Below, one piece after another: positions 34,159-43,741 of a DNA stretch of 45,449 nt. Under the pieces are notes generated by a model. It had not been told where the DNA came from and ran no database searches. It saw nothing but the letters and a program-made list of their open reading frames with translations. The DNA lies in NCBI GenBank assembly GCA_045603265.1, contig JAZULU010000259.1, forward strand, positions 1 to 45,449, given 5' to 3'. Each line of letters opens with the position of its first letter. Positions within the stretch are counted from its first letter, which is position 1. The position numbers and the translations under genes were made by a program. The stretch comes from Clostridia bacterium. GTDB taxonomy: Bacteria; Bacillota; Clostridia; Christensenellales; QALW01.

Positions 34159-34974
34159 ATGAGAAAAATAGTCACTTTATTACTTATACTTATTCTTACA
34201 TCGGTTTCCGTTTTTGCAACCAATGATTACGAAATTTTAACGGATGCTGATTTTGAAGAAGCCAATGATGAGGTATGGGTAAAATACGTAAAAGCGTACA
34301 TTGATTTTTCAGAAGATGCCTTTGAAGGCTCTTACGCTCTTTTATCTTCGGAAAGAACACACAATACCGACGTTGTAAAGCAGTTCGTTCAGGATGAGCT
34401 TAATTATTACGGCACAGGTAAATATACGGCGCAAGCACAAGTGAAGCTTGCAGAAGCAGATGCTGAGCCTATAGAAATTCAGCTTGTTGTCAATATTAAG
34501 ACCGAAGAAAAAACTTCTTACGTAACCTCAGGCTACGTCAGTGTTTCGGGCAATGAGTGGACACAGATATCCCTTTCCAAGGATTTTAAGTGGGACGGCG
34601 AGGTTACCAAGTCAGAATTCTATTTTGTTACTAAGGAAACTGACGATACGGGATATGCCGATATTCTTATTGATAACTGCTCCCTTGTGCCCCTTGAGTT
34701 TACGGGCGAGCCTTTTGATGAAGAAACAGAAGAAACTCCTGCACCTACCGAAAAGCCTACGGAAAAGCCTGCAGAAAAGCCTCAGGAAACAAAAGCACCT
34801 GAAGAAAATGAAGCAGCAACACCAACACCTGCAGTAAGTGAAAATTCAGGACCTAACAAAAAGCAGTCGCAGGTTATAGGCGGAATGATAATTGCTTGCG
34901 GTGTTATCCTTTTAATAGGTGCAGTTGCACTTTTTATCTCCTACAGAAAGGATAAGAAAAATGAAAAAGCTTAA
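34159..34974 (+). CDS. Surface protein: signal peptide, one CBM4/9-like module, an acidic Pro/Glu/Thr linker and a C-terminal TM anchor
   Basis: AAAGGAG SD and signal peptide. Contains DADFEEANDEVW...YADILIDNCSLVP, the linker TEKPTEKPAEKPQETKAPEE, and VIGGMIIACGVILLIGAVALFISYRKDKKNEKA. Confidence 0.75.
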   Translation: MRKIVTLLLILILTSVSVFATNDYEILTDADFEEANDEVWVKYVKAYIDFSEDAFEGSYALLSSERTHNTDVVKQFVQDELNYYGTGKYTAQAQVKLAEADAEPIEIQLVVNIKTEEKTSYVTSGYVSVSGNEWTQISLSKDFKWDGEVTKSEFYFVTKETDDTGYADILIDNCSLVPLEFTGEPFDEETEETPAPTEKPTEKPAEKPQETKAPEENEAATPTPAVSENSGPNKKQSQVIGGMIIACGVILLIGAVALFISYRKDKKNEKA

Positions 34975-37114
34975 TAAACTTATTCTTTCCCTTACGTCCT
35001 TTGCGCTATCAATAGTGCTTATAACCTCGGGTATATTATATATTGCTTTCAGTGATGGAGGAGCTTTAACTGTGAAAAAAGATCAGAACACGCAACTTAT
35101 TGATAACAATGCATTTCTTTCACCCGATAATAAATACAGAGGGTTACAGATCGTTCACGATTTTTCCGCTCTTTCAGGCGGAAGCTATTCGGAAAAGGCT
35201 CAAACTGTAATTAACTGCGGTTGGGGCGGTGTTATCACCAATGACGGTTGGACGGGAAAATATCTTCAAAGTGAGAGAAAACTTGAAAATCTCAATGAGT
35301 TTGTTCAGGCGGTTGACGATGCGGGTATGCGCGTTTGGCTTTACGATGAAAAGGGATATCCCAGCGGTTCTGCAGGCGACCTTACAGTAAGTGCAAACGA
35401 AGATTATATTGCAGTAAGAATCAATCAGCACACCGTTTCAGGTAAGGGCGCAGGCGAAGCTTCTCTTCCGCTTCCTGAAAATTTTAAAAAGCTTATCAGC
35501 ATTTCTTTAAACAGTGGCGGTAAATACACCGTAGTTGAGGGAAAGGTTGAAAATGATAAAATAGTGTTTAACGGCGTTGACGGCGGTTGGACGGCACAAG
35601 TGTATTTCGTTGAAAAACACTATGAGGTCAACTCTTATTTCAAAACTTATCCTAACCTGCTTAATAAAGATGCGGTTAAAAAATTTATTGAGGTAACACA
35701 TCAGACTTACGGCGACAAAATAGAAAGCTTTTCTGATATTGTTGAAGCGTTTTTTACCGATGAACCTGCTTTGCAGGCAACAAAACATTATTCAAAAAGT
35801 GATTTTACTTCACCCGTAATTCCTTACGTTGACGGTATATTTGAATCCTTTGAGGAAAAGTTCGGCTATGATCTTGTTCCAAAACTGCCATTATTATTCT
35901 ATTCACAAACAGATGAAGCAATAAGAGTCAGAGCAAACTTTTATTCTCACGTAGGCGATCTTCTTGCGGAAAGCTATTTCGGGCAGATCGAACAATGGTG
36001 TAAGGAGCACGGCGTAAAATCTTCGGGACACCTTTTGTTGGAAGAACAAATGATTTATCATATTCCCATATACGGCGATTATATTCAGTGTTCAACTGAA
36101 ATGGGTTATCCCGGCTTTGATATTCTTAACGTACGCCCTAAAAATTACATTGAATCAATGTCAACGGGCGGAAAATATGCTTCTTCCCCTGCATGGCTTT
36201 ATGGAAAAGAGCGTGTGTTTGTTGAAATATGTCCCGTGCACGACCCCAAAGAATTTGCAACCAATCACCTTGATTACGCTTTAGGCACCATGACCTTTGC
36301 TTATTTTGACGGCGGAAATCAGGTCGGTTCATACTACGGCAGGGCCAACAACGAACCTGAAACGGGCAAGATTTTCAACGAGTATATCGGCAGAATGGGC
36401 TCAATGCTTGTTGGCGCACAAAACAAAAATGAAGTTGCTATCTATTATACCATCGATTCTGTAGGCGGTGCATATATTGCGCCGAACACACAGAACGTTT
36501 ATAATCCCGATGAATTTGCAAAGGTAAATGATAAGCTTGTTAAAGAAATAACCTCAGAGCTTCGCAATAACGGTCTTGACTACGTTTTCCTTGACGATAA
36601 TTCACTGATAAACGGCGCAGTTAATAATAATGCACTTGAAGTTAATAATTTTGCCTTTAAAACAATTATCGTGCCAAGAGCGAAAGTTATGGATATTTCT
36701 ACTGCAAACGCCCTTGATAAGCTTATTCAGTCAGGCGTAAACGTTGTTTTCGTCGGCGAAATGCCTAAAATTGCGTTTATGGAAAAAGATCAGCAAGCGT
36801 TAAATGATTTTTCTGAAAAGTATGGCGATAAGTGCATTGCTTCCGGAAATCAAATTATGGACTTTGTAAAAGTAACGCCTGAGCTTACCGTTGAATCAAA
36901 TGGAACTATATACGTTTCACCCTATGAAAAAGACGGTGTAAAGTTCTTCTTCCTTGCAAATGCTTCTGCAAATGATTTAAAATCAACCTTTAATTATGAA
37001 GGCGCAATAAATTATAGGATTTATGATCCTTTAACCGGTGAAATCAGCGAGGTTAATGAATATTCTATCCCGTCATACCGCGGAATTTTCGTTCAGCCGA
37101 TTATAGAAAAATAA
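34961..37114 (+). CDS. N-terminally membrane-anchored protein, putative glycoside hydrolase-like
   Basis: I prefer ATG 34961 as the start (MKKLNKLILSLTSFALSIVLITSGILYIAF, AAAGGA upstream) over the ORF-track 34919. It overlaps the preceding gene by 14 nt. The motif WLYDEKGYPSGSAG and the overall size resemble large uncharacterised GH-like proteins. The function call has low confidence. Confidence 0.65.
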   Translation: MKKLNKLILSLTSFALSIVLITSGILYIAFSDGGALTVKKDQNTQLIDNNAFLSPDNKYRGLQIVHDFSALSGGSYSEKAQTVINCGWGGVITNDGWTGKYLQSERKLENLNEFVQAVDDAGMRVWLYDEKGYPSGSAGDLTVSANEDYIAVRINQHTVSGKGAGEASLPLPENFKKLISISLNSGGKYTVVEGKVENDKIVFNGVDGGWTAQVYFVEKHYEVNSYFKTYPNLLNKDAVKKFIEVTHQTYGDKIESFSDIVEAFFTDEPALQATKHYSKSDFTSPVIPYVDGIFESFEEKFGYDLVPKLPLLFYSQTDEAIRVRANFYSHVGDLLAESYFGQIEQWCKEHGVKSSGHLLLEEQMIYHIPIYGDYIQCSTEMGYPGFDILNVRPKNYIESMSTGGKYASSPAWLYGKERVFVEICPVHDPKEFATNHLDYALGTMTFAYFDGGNQVGSYYGRANNEPETGKIFNEYIGRMGSMLVGAQNKNEVAIYYTIDSVGGAYIAPNTQNVYNPDEFAKVNDKLVKEITSELRNNGLDYVFLDDNSLINGAVNNNALEVNNFAFKTIIVPRAKVMDISTANALDKLIQSGVNVVFVGEMPKIAFMEKDQQALNDFSEKYGDKCIASGNQIMDFVKVTPELTVESNGTIYVSPYEKDGVKFFFLANASANDLKSTFNYEGAINYRIYDPLTGEISEVNEYSIPSYRGIFVQPIIEK

Positions 37115-37121
37115 AAAAATA

Positions 37122-37154
37122 AAAACTGTGTAGGAAAAAATCTACACAGTTTTT
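37122..37154. terminator. Bidirectional terminator between convergent genes
   Basis: aaaactgtgtag / gaaaaaat / ctacacagtttt forms a 12-bp stem including its A and T runs. Confidence 0.75.
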
Positions 37155-37160
37155 GTTTTC

Positions 37161-37598
37161 TTACTCGCAAAGTTTTGCTACGATCTGATTGATAAGTTTG
37201 CCGTCAGCCTTGCCCTTAAGCTGGCTCATTGCGCTTCTCATGATCATGCCTTTATTTTTCTGCTCGATCAATTCGGCGCAGTTGGCTTTTAAGAACTCAA
37301 CGATCTCTTCTTCAGACATCATTTTAGGTGCAAATGCTTCAACTGCCTGAAGTTTTTGGGTATATTCTTCCATTAAATCGGTACGCTCCTTGGGGCAGGT
37401 ATCAACCTGTTCCTTTAAGGATTTTACTTCTTTTAAAATTACGCGGTCAACCATTTCATCGGGAATGTTATCTCTTACGCCCTCATCGATGGCAACTTTC
37501 TTTACTGCGGCGATGAGTGATGAAATCGCGTCCTTTTTAACCTTGTCCTTTGCCTTCATTGCGGCAATCATTTCTTTCTGAAGTTCACTGAATTGCAT
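37161..37598 (-). CDS. yqeY: GatB/YqeY domain protein
   Basis: LQKEMIAAMKAKDKVKKDAISSLIAAVKKVAIDEG...MSEEEIVEFLK...KGMIMRSAMSQLKGKADGKLINQIV is the typical YqeY pattern. Confidence 0.85.
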   Translation of the reverse strand: MQFSELQKEMIAAMKAKDKVKKDAISSLIAAVKKVAIDEGVRDNIPDEMVDRVILKEVKSLKEQVDTCPKERTDLMEEYTQKLQAVEAFAPKMMSEEEIVEFLKANCAELIEQKNKGMIMRSAMSQLKGKADGKLINQIVAKLCE

Positions 37599-37669
37599 AT
37601 ATATTTCCTCCTTGAAGATTATTTTCTATATTATTATAGTATTTAACGGAAAAATAGTCAATAAACTAA

Positions 37670-37698
37670 TTGCAAAAATTTCGTGTTTTTGATACAAT
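37670..37698 (+). promoter_or_regulatory. Promoter of glnS
   Basis: TTGCAA (37670-75), a 17-nt spacer and TGaTACAAT, an extended -10 (37690-98). Confidence 0.6.
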
Positions 37699-37728
37699 AT
37701 ATATATTACAATGGAAAAGGTGTTTTTT

Positions 37729-39375
37729 ATGGAAGAATTAAGAAAAAACTTTATTCAGGAGATCGTTGAAAATGATATTGAGGAAAACGGCGGTAAGTTA
37801 AATATCGTTACCCGTTTCCCGCCTGAGCCTAACGGCTATTTGCATATCGGTCATGCAAAGGCTATCTGTGTTGACTTCGGTATTGCAAAAAAATATAACG
37901 GTAAGTGTAACCTCAGAATGGATGACACTAACCCTGCCAAGGAAGATAATTTCTACGTTGAAGCAATTAAGAAAGACGTTGAATGGCTTGGCTTTACTCC
38001 CGATAATCTTTGCTTTGCGGCAGATTATTTTGAGGAAATGTATAATCAGGCAATCGTTTTGATTAAAAAGGGTCTTGCTTTCGTTTGCGATATGAACGCT
38101 GATGAAATTAAGGAATCACGCGGTACTTTAACAGAGCCCGGTATTGAGAGCCCTTACAGAAACAGAAGCATTGAAGAAAACCTTGATCTTTTTAAGCGTA
38201 TGCGCGCAGGCGAGTTCGCTGACGGCGCAAAGGTACTTCGCGCTAAGATCGATATGGCATCGCCTAACATCAATATGCGCGATCCCATTATCTACCGTAT
38301 ACTTCGTATGGAGCACTATCGCACAAACAACGATTGGTGCATCTATCCTATGTACGACTATGCTCATCCCATTGAGGATATGATCGAAAACGTTACCCAT
38401 TCAATTTGTACATTAGAGTTTGAAGATCACAGACCTCTTTATGATTGGGTCGTTGAAAACGTTGATATCGATGCAAAGCCAAGGCAGATCGAGTTTGCAC
38501 GTCTTAATATGACGCGCACCATTATGTCAAAGCGTTATTTAAAGAGTTTGGTTGATAATTCCAGCGTTTCAGGTTGGGATGATCCCAGAATGCCCACCAT
38601 TGCAGGCTTAAGACGTCGCGGTTACACACCTGAAGCAATTCGCGATTTCTGCGATAGGATCGGTGTTGCAAAGAGCAATTCTTTAGTTGAAGCAGCACTT
38701 TTGGAGCATTGTGTTCGTGAGGATTTAAGCACCAAAACTGAGCGCAGAATGGCAATCCTTGATCCCATTAAACTTGTTATTGATAACTATCCCGAAAACA
38801 CAAGCGAACTTTTAACCACCGAAAACGGTGCAGATGAAACAAGCGGCACACGCGAAATTTCGTTTTCCCGTGAACTTTATATCCAGGCAGAAGATTTCAT
38901 GATCGATCCGCCCAAAAAGTTCTTCCGCTTGTTTGTTGGCGGTGAGGTTCGTTTAAAGAGTGCATATATTATTAAATGCGTAGGCTACGATACCGATGAA
39001 AACGGTTGTGTTACTTGCGTTCATGCTGAATATGATCCCGAAACAAAATCAGGCATGCCCATGGCTGACAGAAAGGTTAAGGGTACACTTCATTGGGTTG
39101 ATGCAAACAACTGTGTTCCCTTTGAAGCAAGACTTTATGATTATCTTCTTGATGAGCGCGAAGGCGAAGGTCTTGATTTTAAAGAGCGCGTAAATGAAAA
39201 CTCACTTATCGTTAAAGAGGGATTTTTGGAAAAATCTCTTGAAAACGCAAAAGTCGGCGATTCATTCCAGTTTATCCGCGTTGGCTATTTCAGAATGGAT
39301 GAAGACAGCAGTGAAAAGCCCGTATTTAACCGCATCGTTGGTTTAAGGGATACTTGGGCAAAGATGAATAAATAA
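37729..39375 (+). CDS. glnS: Glutamine--tRNA ligase
   Basis: Contains [18 protein letters not shown] (HIGH) and IMSKR (KMSKS). The length and C-terminal beta-barrel region fit GlnRS. ATG 37729 (AAGGTG 6 nt upstream) is preferred over 37711, which would be almost leaderless. Confidence 0.9.
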   Translation: MEELRKNFIQEIVENDIEENGGKLNIVTRFPPEPNGYLHIGHAKAICVDFGIAKKYNGKCNLRMDDTNPAKEDNFYVEAIKKDVEWLGFTPDNLCFAADYFEEMYNQAIVLIKKGLAFVCDMNADEIKESRGTLTEPGIESPYRNRSIEENLDLFKRMRAGEFADGAKVLRAKIDMASPNINMRDPIIYRILRMEHYRTNNDWCIYPMYDYAHPIEDMIENVTHSICTLEFEDHRPLYDWVVENVDIDAKPRQIEFARLNMTRTIMSKRYLKSLVDNSSVSGWDDPRMPTIAGLRRRGYTPEAIRDFCDRIGVAKSNSLVEAALLEHCVREDLSTKTERRMAILDPIKLVIDNYPENTSELLTTENGADETSGTREISFSRELYIQAEDFMIDPPKKFFRLFVGGEVRLKSAYIIKCVGYDTDENGCVTCVHAEYDPETKSGMPMADRKVKGTLHWVDANNCVPFEARLYDYLLDEREGEGLDFKERVNENSLIVKEGFLEKSLENAKVGDSFQFIRVGYFRMDEDSSEKPVFNRIVGLRDTWAKMNK

Positions 39376-39465
39376 AGAGGGAAGTCATAGCCTTCCCTCT
39401 TCAAAAAACATAACGGAACATTCGTTCCTTATATCTTTTTTGAGTACTCGCGCGGCGCGTGCCTG

Positions 39466-39520
39466 TTCAGGCGACTTGCCTTGCGCAATGTGTTTTTTGC
39501 ACCGCGCGTGTCGCTGCAAA
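39466..39520 (+). repeat. Degenerate copy of the GC-rich repeat family (unit-start part)
   Basis: cttgccttgcgcaatgtgttttttgcaccgcgcgtg resembles cttggcttgcaagggtttatcgcac (40410-34) and tttgcaagttttatcgcaccgtgg (31460-83). The patch is unusually GC-rich in an AT-rich spacer. Confidence 0.35.
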
Positions 39521-39575
39521 AAACTTTATTATTATATGATTTTACGAAAATAATTTTTATAAGTAGGGAAATTAA

Positions 39576-40277
39576 ATGAAAAAGTTACTTGTTATAATTT
39601 CTTTATTGCTTTCTTGCGTGCTTATGTTTTCCGCTTGCAAGAAAGAAGATGATAATTTTATTGGTGATTATATTCCCGGTGAAGTCTATCTTGAAGATAT
39701 GGAGGATCTTGGAAATATTGAAGATCCCAACACTTTTATAAGCCTTGATGATCTTTCAAGATTTTTCGTAATGGAAAGTGCAGAAGGTAAAGGCCCTGCC
39801 TATGATCGATTTTTCCATATGGCATTAAGGGATAACTGTGTTATTCAGCCTCTTTTAAACGGCATGGATGTTAGTTCCGAGCCTGAATGTGCAAGCATTA
39901 CAATTACTCCTGCCACCAAAGAGGGCGAGTATCCTTACATCCTTTACAGTTATACTGACGGTATGTATAATGCCGTTATAAAGGTCTACTATCTTACCGA
40001 GGAAGAACTTAACGTTTCTAAAATAGGCGGTATCGTTGCCCTTACCGCAGGCGATGAAGAAGTTGTTGAAAGAAGCGATTACGGTCAATATAAGATTGTA
40101 AAATATCTTCCCACCGAAACTGCCCATGCAGAAATAATTTTAATGGATAAGTATTTCGTTACCATAAACGGCGGTCTTTACACAAATAAAGACTATTTAA
40201 AAACTGTTGAGGAAGGCTTACTTGATATTCTTTCTTTCAGTGAGATACCTTTGCCTGAGATGACACAAGTCGGATAA
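39576..40277 (+). CDS. Lipoprotein, unknown function
   Basis: Lipobox LMFSAC. No recognisable domain. Confidence 0.75.
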   Translation: MKKLLVIISLLLSCVLMFSACKKEDDNFIGDYIPGEVYLEDMEDLGNIEDPNTFISLDDLSRFFVMESAEGKGPAYDRFFHMALRDNCVIQPLLNGMDVSSEPECASITITPATKEGEYPYILYSYTDGMYNAVIKVYYLTEEELNVSKIGGIVALTAGDEEVVERSDYGQYKIVKYLPTETAHAEIILMDKYFVTINGGLYTNKDYLKTVEEGLLDILSFSEIPLPEMTQVG

Positions 40278-40279
40278 GG

Positions 40280-40441
40280 TTCAGAGCGCGAGAATTTCGC
40301 ACAAACATACCCCTTCCGTTTCGGAAGGGTTATTTCCTTTGTTATGGGCGGTATAAGCGCTCAATCATTTACGTTTGTGTAAACTCAATCGCGCTTAACC
40401 GCCCGCGCCTTGGCTTGCAAGGGTTTATCGCACTCTGTCAG
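40280..40441 (+). repeat. GC-rich intergenic repeat family, unit c (5'-truncated) plus the start of a further unit
   Basis: Begins ttcagagcgcgagaatttcgcacaaaca, followed by the hairpin ataccccttccg/ttt/cggaagggttat, then ttcctttgtt. A 14-bp stem follows, gggcggtataagcgc (40346-60) with gcgcttaaccgccc (40391-404). The unit ends cgcgccttggcttgcaagggtttatcgcac. Confidence 0.75.
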
Positions 40442-40456
40442 TTACAAATGTTTTTT

Positions 40457-40483
40457 AAGACGAACAAAAGTTCGTCTTTTTTT
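40457..40483 (+). terminator. Rho-independent terminator
   Basis: aagacgaac / aaaa / gttcgtctt followed by a T-run. Confidence 0.75.
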
Positions 40484-40484
40484 A

Positions 40485-40513
40485 TTGAAAACAGAAAGTT
40501 TTTTTGATATAAT
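40485..40513 (+). promoter_or_regulatory. Promoter of the LRR-deoC-deoD-cdd-pdp operon
   Basis: TTGAAA (40485-90), a 17-nt spacer and TGaTATAAT, an extended -10 (40505-13). Confidence 0.6.
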
Positions 40514-40540
40514 ATAGATAATATAAAAAAAGGAGATAAA

Positions 40541-42028
40541 ATGATGAAAAAGATTCTTGCGTTTCTGTGTGTTGCTTTTATAATTCTTAATATCTTTGTT
40601 TTTGCCGATGGAGCGCAGGATATGACCGAGTATTTATATTACGTCATTGAAGACGGCGAAGTTACAATTACGGGATGTAAGGATAGAGATTTAGAGGGCG
40701 ATTTTTATATTCCCGAAAAAATCGAAAACTGTCCCGTAACGAAGATCGGGGACAGTGCTTTTTCCGTTTGCATTGAAATTACAAGCATTACTTTGCCCGA
40801 TACGGTAAAAAGCATTGGTGCAGGCGCTTTTGTTAAGTGTACAAATTTACAAGAGATCTATTTGGGCAATAGCCTTGAATTTATTGGGGAAGAAGCCTTT
40901 TGGTGTTGCTTTAGTCTTACTTCCGTAAATTTTCCAGCTTCACTTACAAAAATTGAGGTTGGGAGAAGCGTGTTTTATGAGTGCGAGGCACTTGAGAAAA
41001 TAGAGGTTGACGAAAATAATCCTGTATATTACAGTCAAAACAACTGCCTTGTTGAAAAGAACACTAAAACAGTTATCGCGGGGTGCGCCAGCAGTAACGT
41101 GATACCTGAAGATACAAAGGCTATTGGTGATGGCGCATTCAGTGCGGCATACGGTTTAAAAAGTATAACTATTCCCGAAGGCGTTATGAGTATTGGAAAA
41201 ATGGCATTTTACCAGTGCAGAAATATTGAGGAAATAATTATTCCATCATCGGTGGTAAGTATTGGTGAAAGCGCTTTCGATCAGTGTTGCAGTCTTAAGG
41301 GAATAAAGCTTCCCGAAAATTTACAAAGAATAGAAAAGGACACGTTTGGGTGTTGTGAGAGTCTTGAAAAAATTGAAATTCCTCAAGGTGTAAACTATAT
41401 AGGCGATGATGCCTTTTTTGGTTGCGATGGTTTAACGGAAATAATAATACCGGCATCGGTAAGCAATATTGGTAGCGGTATTTCTTCGGGATGTGAAAAT
41501 TTAGAATGTCTGATTGTGAATGACGGAAATTTGAATTATTACAGTCAAAACAACTGTATTATTGAAAGCAACACGAAAAAAATTGTTGCAGGATGTAAAA
41601 ACAGCATTATTCCCGATGATGTTATAACTATCGGAAGCAGGGCATTCTATGTTGTAGGGTTAAAGGATGTAATTATTCCTGCAACGGTAACAAAGATTGA
41701 GGAATATGCCTTTGGCGGAAAAATTGAAAACGTATATTATTTGGGTAAACAGGATGAGTGGAACGGTATTGTAATAGGTGAATACAATACGATTGAGGAT
41801 GTTTCTGTCGTTTATGAGTTTTCTCCAACGCCAGTAACCACTGCTGAATCTACACCTACTTCTGTTCCAACAGAAGAGCCTGCACCTACTCCGACAGAAA
41901 CTCAGATGCCGAAATCCTTTATTTCGGCAGGGGAGGGAAGATATTCTTCCATAGCACTTATGGCGGTTGTAACTATATTGGCTATGATATTTGTGGTTAT
42001 TTTTGCATTTAAGGAAAGGAATAAATAA
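40541..42028 (+). CDS. Surface leucine-rich repeat protein (BspA-type LRR_5 repeats) with PT linker and C-terminal TM anchor
   Basis: Signal peptide. More than 10 repeats of the pattern I.IP..V..IG..AF..C..L..I. The linker is SPTPVTTAESTPTSVPTEEPAPTPTETQ. The tail is SSIALMAVVTILAMIFVVIFAFKERNK. Confidence 0.8.
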   Translation: MMKKILAFLCVAFIILNIFVFADGAQDMTEYLYYVIEDGEVTITGCKDRDLEGDFYIPEKIENCPVTKIGDSAFSVCIEITSITLPDTVKSIGAGAFVKCTNLQEIYLGNSLEFIGEEAFWCCFSLTSVNFPASLTKIEVGRSVFYECEALEKIEVDENNPVYYSQNNCLVEKNTKTVIAGCASSNVIPEDTKAIGDGAFSAAYGLKSITIPEGVMSIGKMAFYQCRNIEEIIIPSSVVSIGESAFDQCCSLKGIKLPENLQRIEKDTFGCCESLEKIEIPQGVNYIGDDAFFGCDGLTEIIIPASVSNIGSGISSGCENLECLIVNDGNLNYYSQNNCIIESNTKKIVAGCKNSIIPDDVITIGSRAFYVVGLKDVIIPATVTKIEEYAFGGKIENVYYLGKQDEWNGIVIGEYNTIEDVSVVYEFSPTPVTTAESTPTSVPTEEPAPTPTETQMPKSFISAGEGRYSSIALMAVVTILAMIFVVIFAFKERNK

Positions 42029-42684
42029 TGAAAGAAATTTTAGAAAAGGTTGATCATACTCTTTTAAAACAGACGGCTACATGGAGTGAAATTAAAGAAA
42101 TTATCGATGACGGAATAAAATATAACGTGGCTTCCGTGTGCATTCCGCCATGTTACGTTAAACAAGCCCGTGAATATAATAAAGATATAACTATCTGTAC
42201 CGTTATCGGCTTTCCTAACGGCAACATGACAACTGAAACAAAATGTTTTGAAACTTCCGATGCCGTAAACAACGGTACTGATGAAATAGATATGGTAATA
42301 AATATCGGATTTTTAAAGGATAAAAGATACGGTGATATTTTAGAGGAGATAAATAAAATAAAATCTTGTTGTAACGGCAGAATTTTAAAAGTCATTATTG
42401 AAACGTGTCTTTTAACAGACGAAGAAAAGATAAAAATGTGTGAGATCGTTGAAGAAAGCGGTGCGGATTTTATAAAAACCTCAACGGGATTTTCTGTTAG
42501 CGGTGCTACAAAAGAAGATATAAAGTTATTTTCTGAAAATATTAAAACCAAAAAAATCAAGGCGGCAGGGGGAATAAAATCAATAAACGATGCAAAAGAT
42601 TTTATTTCGCTTGGTGCGGAAAGACTTGGAACAAGCAGATTAGTTAAATTGGCTAAGGAGGAAAATGATGACACCTCATATTAA
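42028..42684 (+). CDS. deoC: Deoxyribose-phosphate aldolase
   Basis: Contains VDHTLLK, IDMVINIG and DFIKTSTGF (Schiff-base Lys). TAATG overlap with the LRR gene. Confidence 0.9.
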   Translation: MKEILEKVDHTLLKQTATWSEIKEIIDDGIKYNVASVCIPPCYVKQAREYNKDITICTVIGFPNGNMTTETKCFETSDAVNNGTDEIDMVINIGFLKDKRYGDILEEINKIKSCCNGRILKVIIETCLLTDEEKIKMCEIVEESGADFIKTSTGFSVSGATKEDIKLFSENIKTKKIKAAGGIKSINDAKDFISLGAERLGTSRLVKLAKEENDDTSY

Positions 42685-43366
42685 AGCAGAAAAAGGGGAT
42701 TTCGCAAAAACGGTGCTTATGCCCGGCGATCCCAAACGTGCAAAATTTGTTGCCGAAAATTTTTTGACGGATGCTAAACTTGTAAACGACGTCCGCGGTG
42801 TACAAGGCTACACCGGCTTTTATAAGGATAAACGGGTTTCCGTTATGGCAAGCGGAATGGGTATGCCCTCAATCGGCATATATTCCTATGAACTTTTTAA
42901 GTTTTTTGATGTTGATAATATTATCCGTATCGGCTCGGCAGGGGCGATGAGTGAGGATGTTTCTGTTCGGGATATCGTTTTGGCACTTGGTGCATCAACT
43001 GACTCAAATTATGGTCATCAGTACGCTTTACCAGGAACTTATGCAAATGTGTGCAGTTATGCACTATTAGAAAAAGCGGTTAATAGTTCCCGTGAAAAGG
43101 GATATAATTTCCATGTGGGCAACGTGCTTTCAACTGACGTTTTCTATTCTGAACTGGATACTCTTTCACTTTGGGGCAAAATGAACGTTTTAGCCGTTGA
43201 AATGGAAGCGGCGGCGCTCTATATGAATGCGGCGCGGTTAAATAAAAACGCACTTGCGATTCTTACCGTTTCCGATCACCTTAAAACGGGCGAAAATCTA
43301 TCAAGCGACGAAAGGGAAAAATCTTTTACTCAAATGATGACTCTTGCTTTAGAGGTAGCACAATGA
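42665..43366 (+). CDS. deoD: Purine nucleoside phosphorylase, DeoD type
   Basis: Contains TPHIKAEKGDFAKTVLMPGDPKRAKFVAENFL, SVMASGMGMPS and VEMEAAALY. Confidence 0.9.
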   Translation: MMTPHIKAEKGDFAKTVLMPGDPKRAKFVAENFLTDAKLVNDVRGVQGYTGFYKDKRVSVMASGMGMPSIGIYSYELFKFFDVDNIIRIGSAGAMSEDVSVRDIVLALGASTDSNYGHQYALPGTYANVCSYALLEKAVNSSREKGYNFHVGNVLSTDVFYSELDTLSLWGKMNVLAVEMEAAALYMNAARLNKNALAILTVSDHLKTGENLSSDEREKSFTQMMTLALEVAQ

Positions 43367-43737
43367 AAGATTTAATAAAAAAAGCAATAGAAGCATCAGA
43401 AAAATCCTATTCGCCCTATTCAAACTATAAAGTCGGCGCGGCGCTTTTAACAAAAAGCGGAAAAATTTTTTCAGGCGCAAACATTGAAAACGCTTCATAT
43501 TCGCCAACTGTTTGTGCTGAGCGCGTTGCAATTTTTAAAGCCGTATATGACGGTGAGCGTGATTTTTCGGCTATTGCCGTTTACGGAAAAGATCTTGCAT
43601 ATCCTTGCGGTGTGTGCAGGCAAGTTTTATCTGAATTTTGCAAAGAGGATTTTAAGATTCTTATCGTTAAGGATGAAGAAAATTATATTGAGTACACTTT
43701 AGGCGAACTTCTTCCCAAAAGTTTTAAGTTGGAGTGA
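43363..43737 (+). CDS. cdd: Cytidine deaminase
   Basis: Contains CAERVAIFKAV and PCGVCRQVL (zinc ligands). About 124 aa, the tetrameric type. Confidence 0.9.
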   Translation: MKDLIKKAIEASEKSYSPYSNYKVGAALLTKSGKIFSGANIENASYSPTVCAERVAIFKAVYDGERDFSAIAVYGKDLAYPCGVCRQVLSEFCKEDFKILIVKDEENYIEYTLGELLPKSFKLE

Positions 43738-43741
43738 TTTA

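Noticed and set aside
33941-34162. 73-aa ORF upstream of the CBM protein gene
   Set aside because: There is no SD and the sequence is low-complexity and AT-driven. It occupies the promoter and leader region of 34159-34974.
34919-34960. N-terminal extension of the 731-aa ORF (MQLHFLSPTERIRK)
   Set aside because: It lies inside the preceding gene. The ATG at 34961 gives a typical MKK-plus-TM N-terminus with an SD.
42153-42674. Long antisense ORFs inside well-supported genes (e.g. 42153-42674, 44233-44649, 16467-16718, 11178-11399, 24830-25129)
   Set aside because: They are shadow ORFs opposite strongly supported genes (deoC, pdp, S component, the 990-aa gene, yfhO) and have no start signals.
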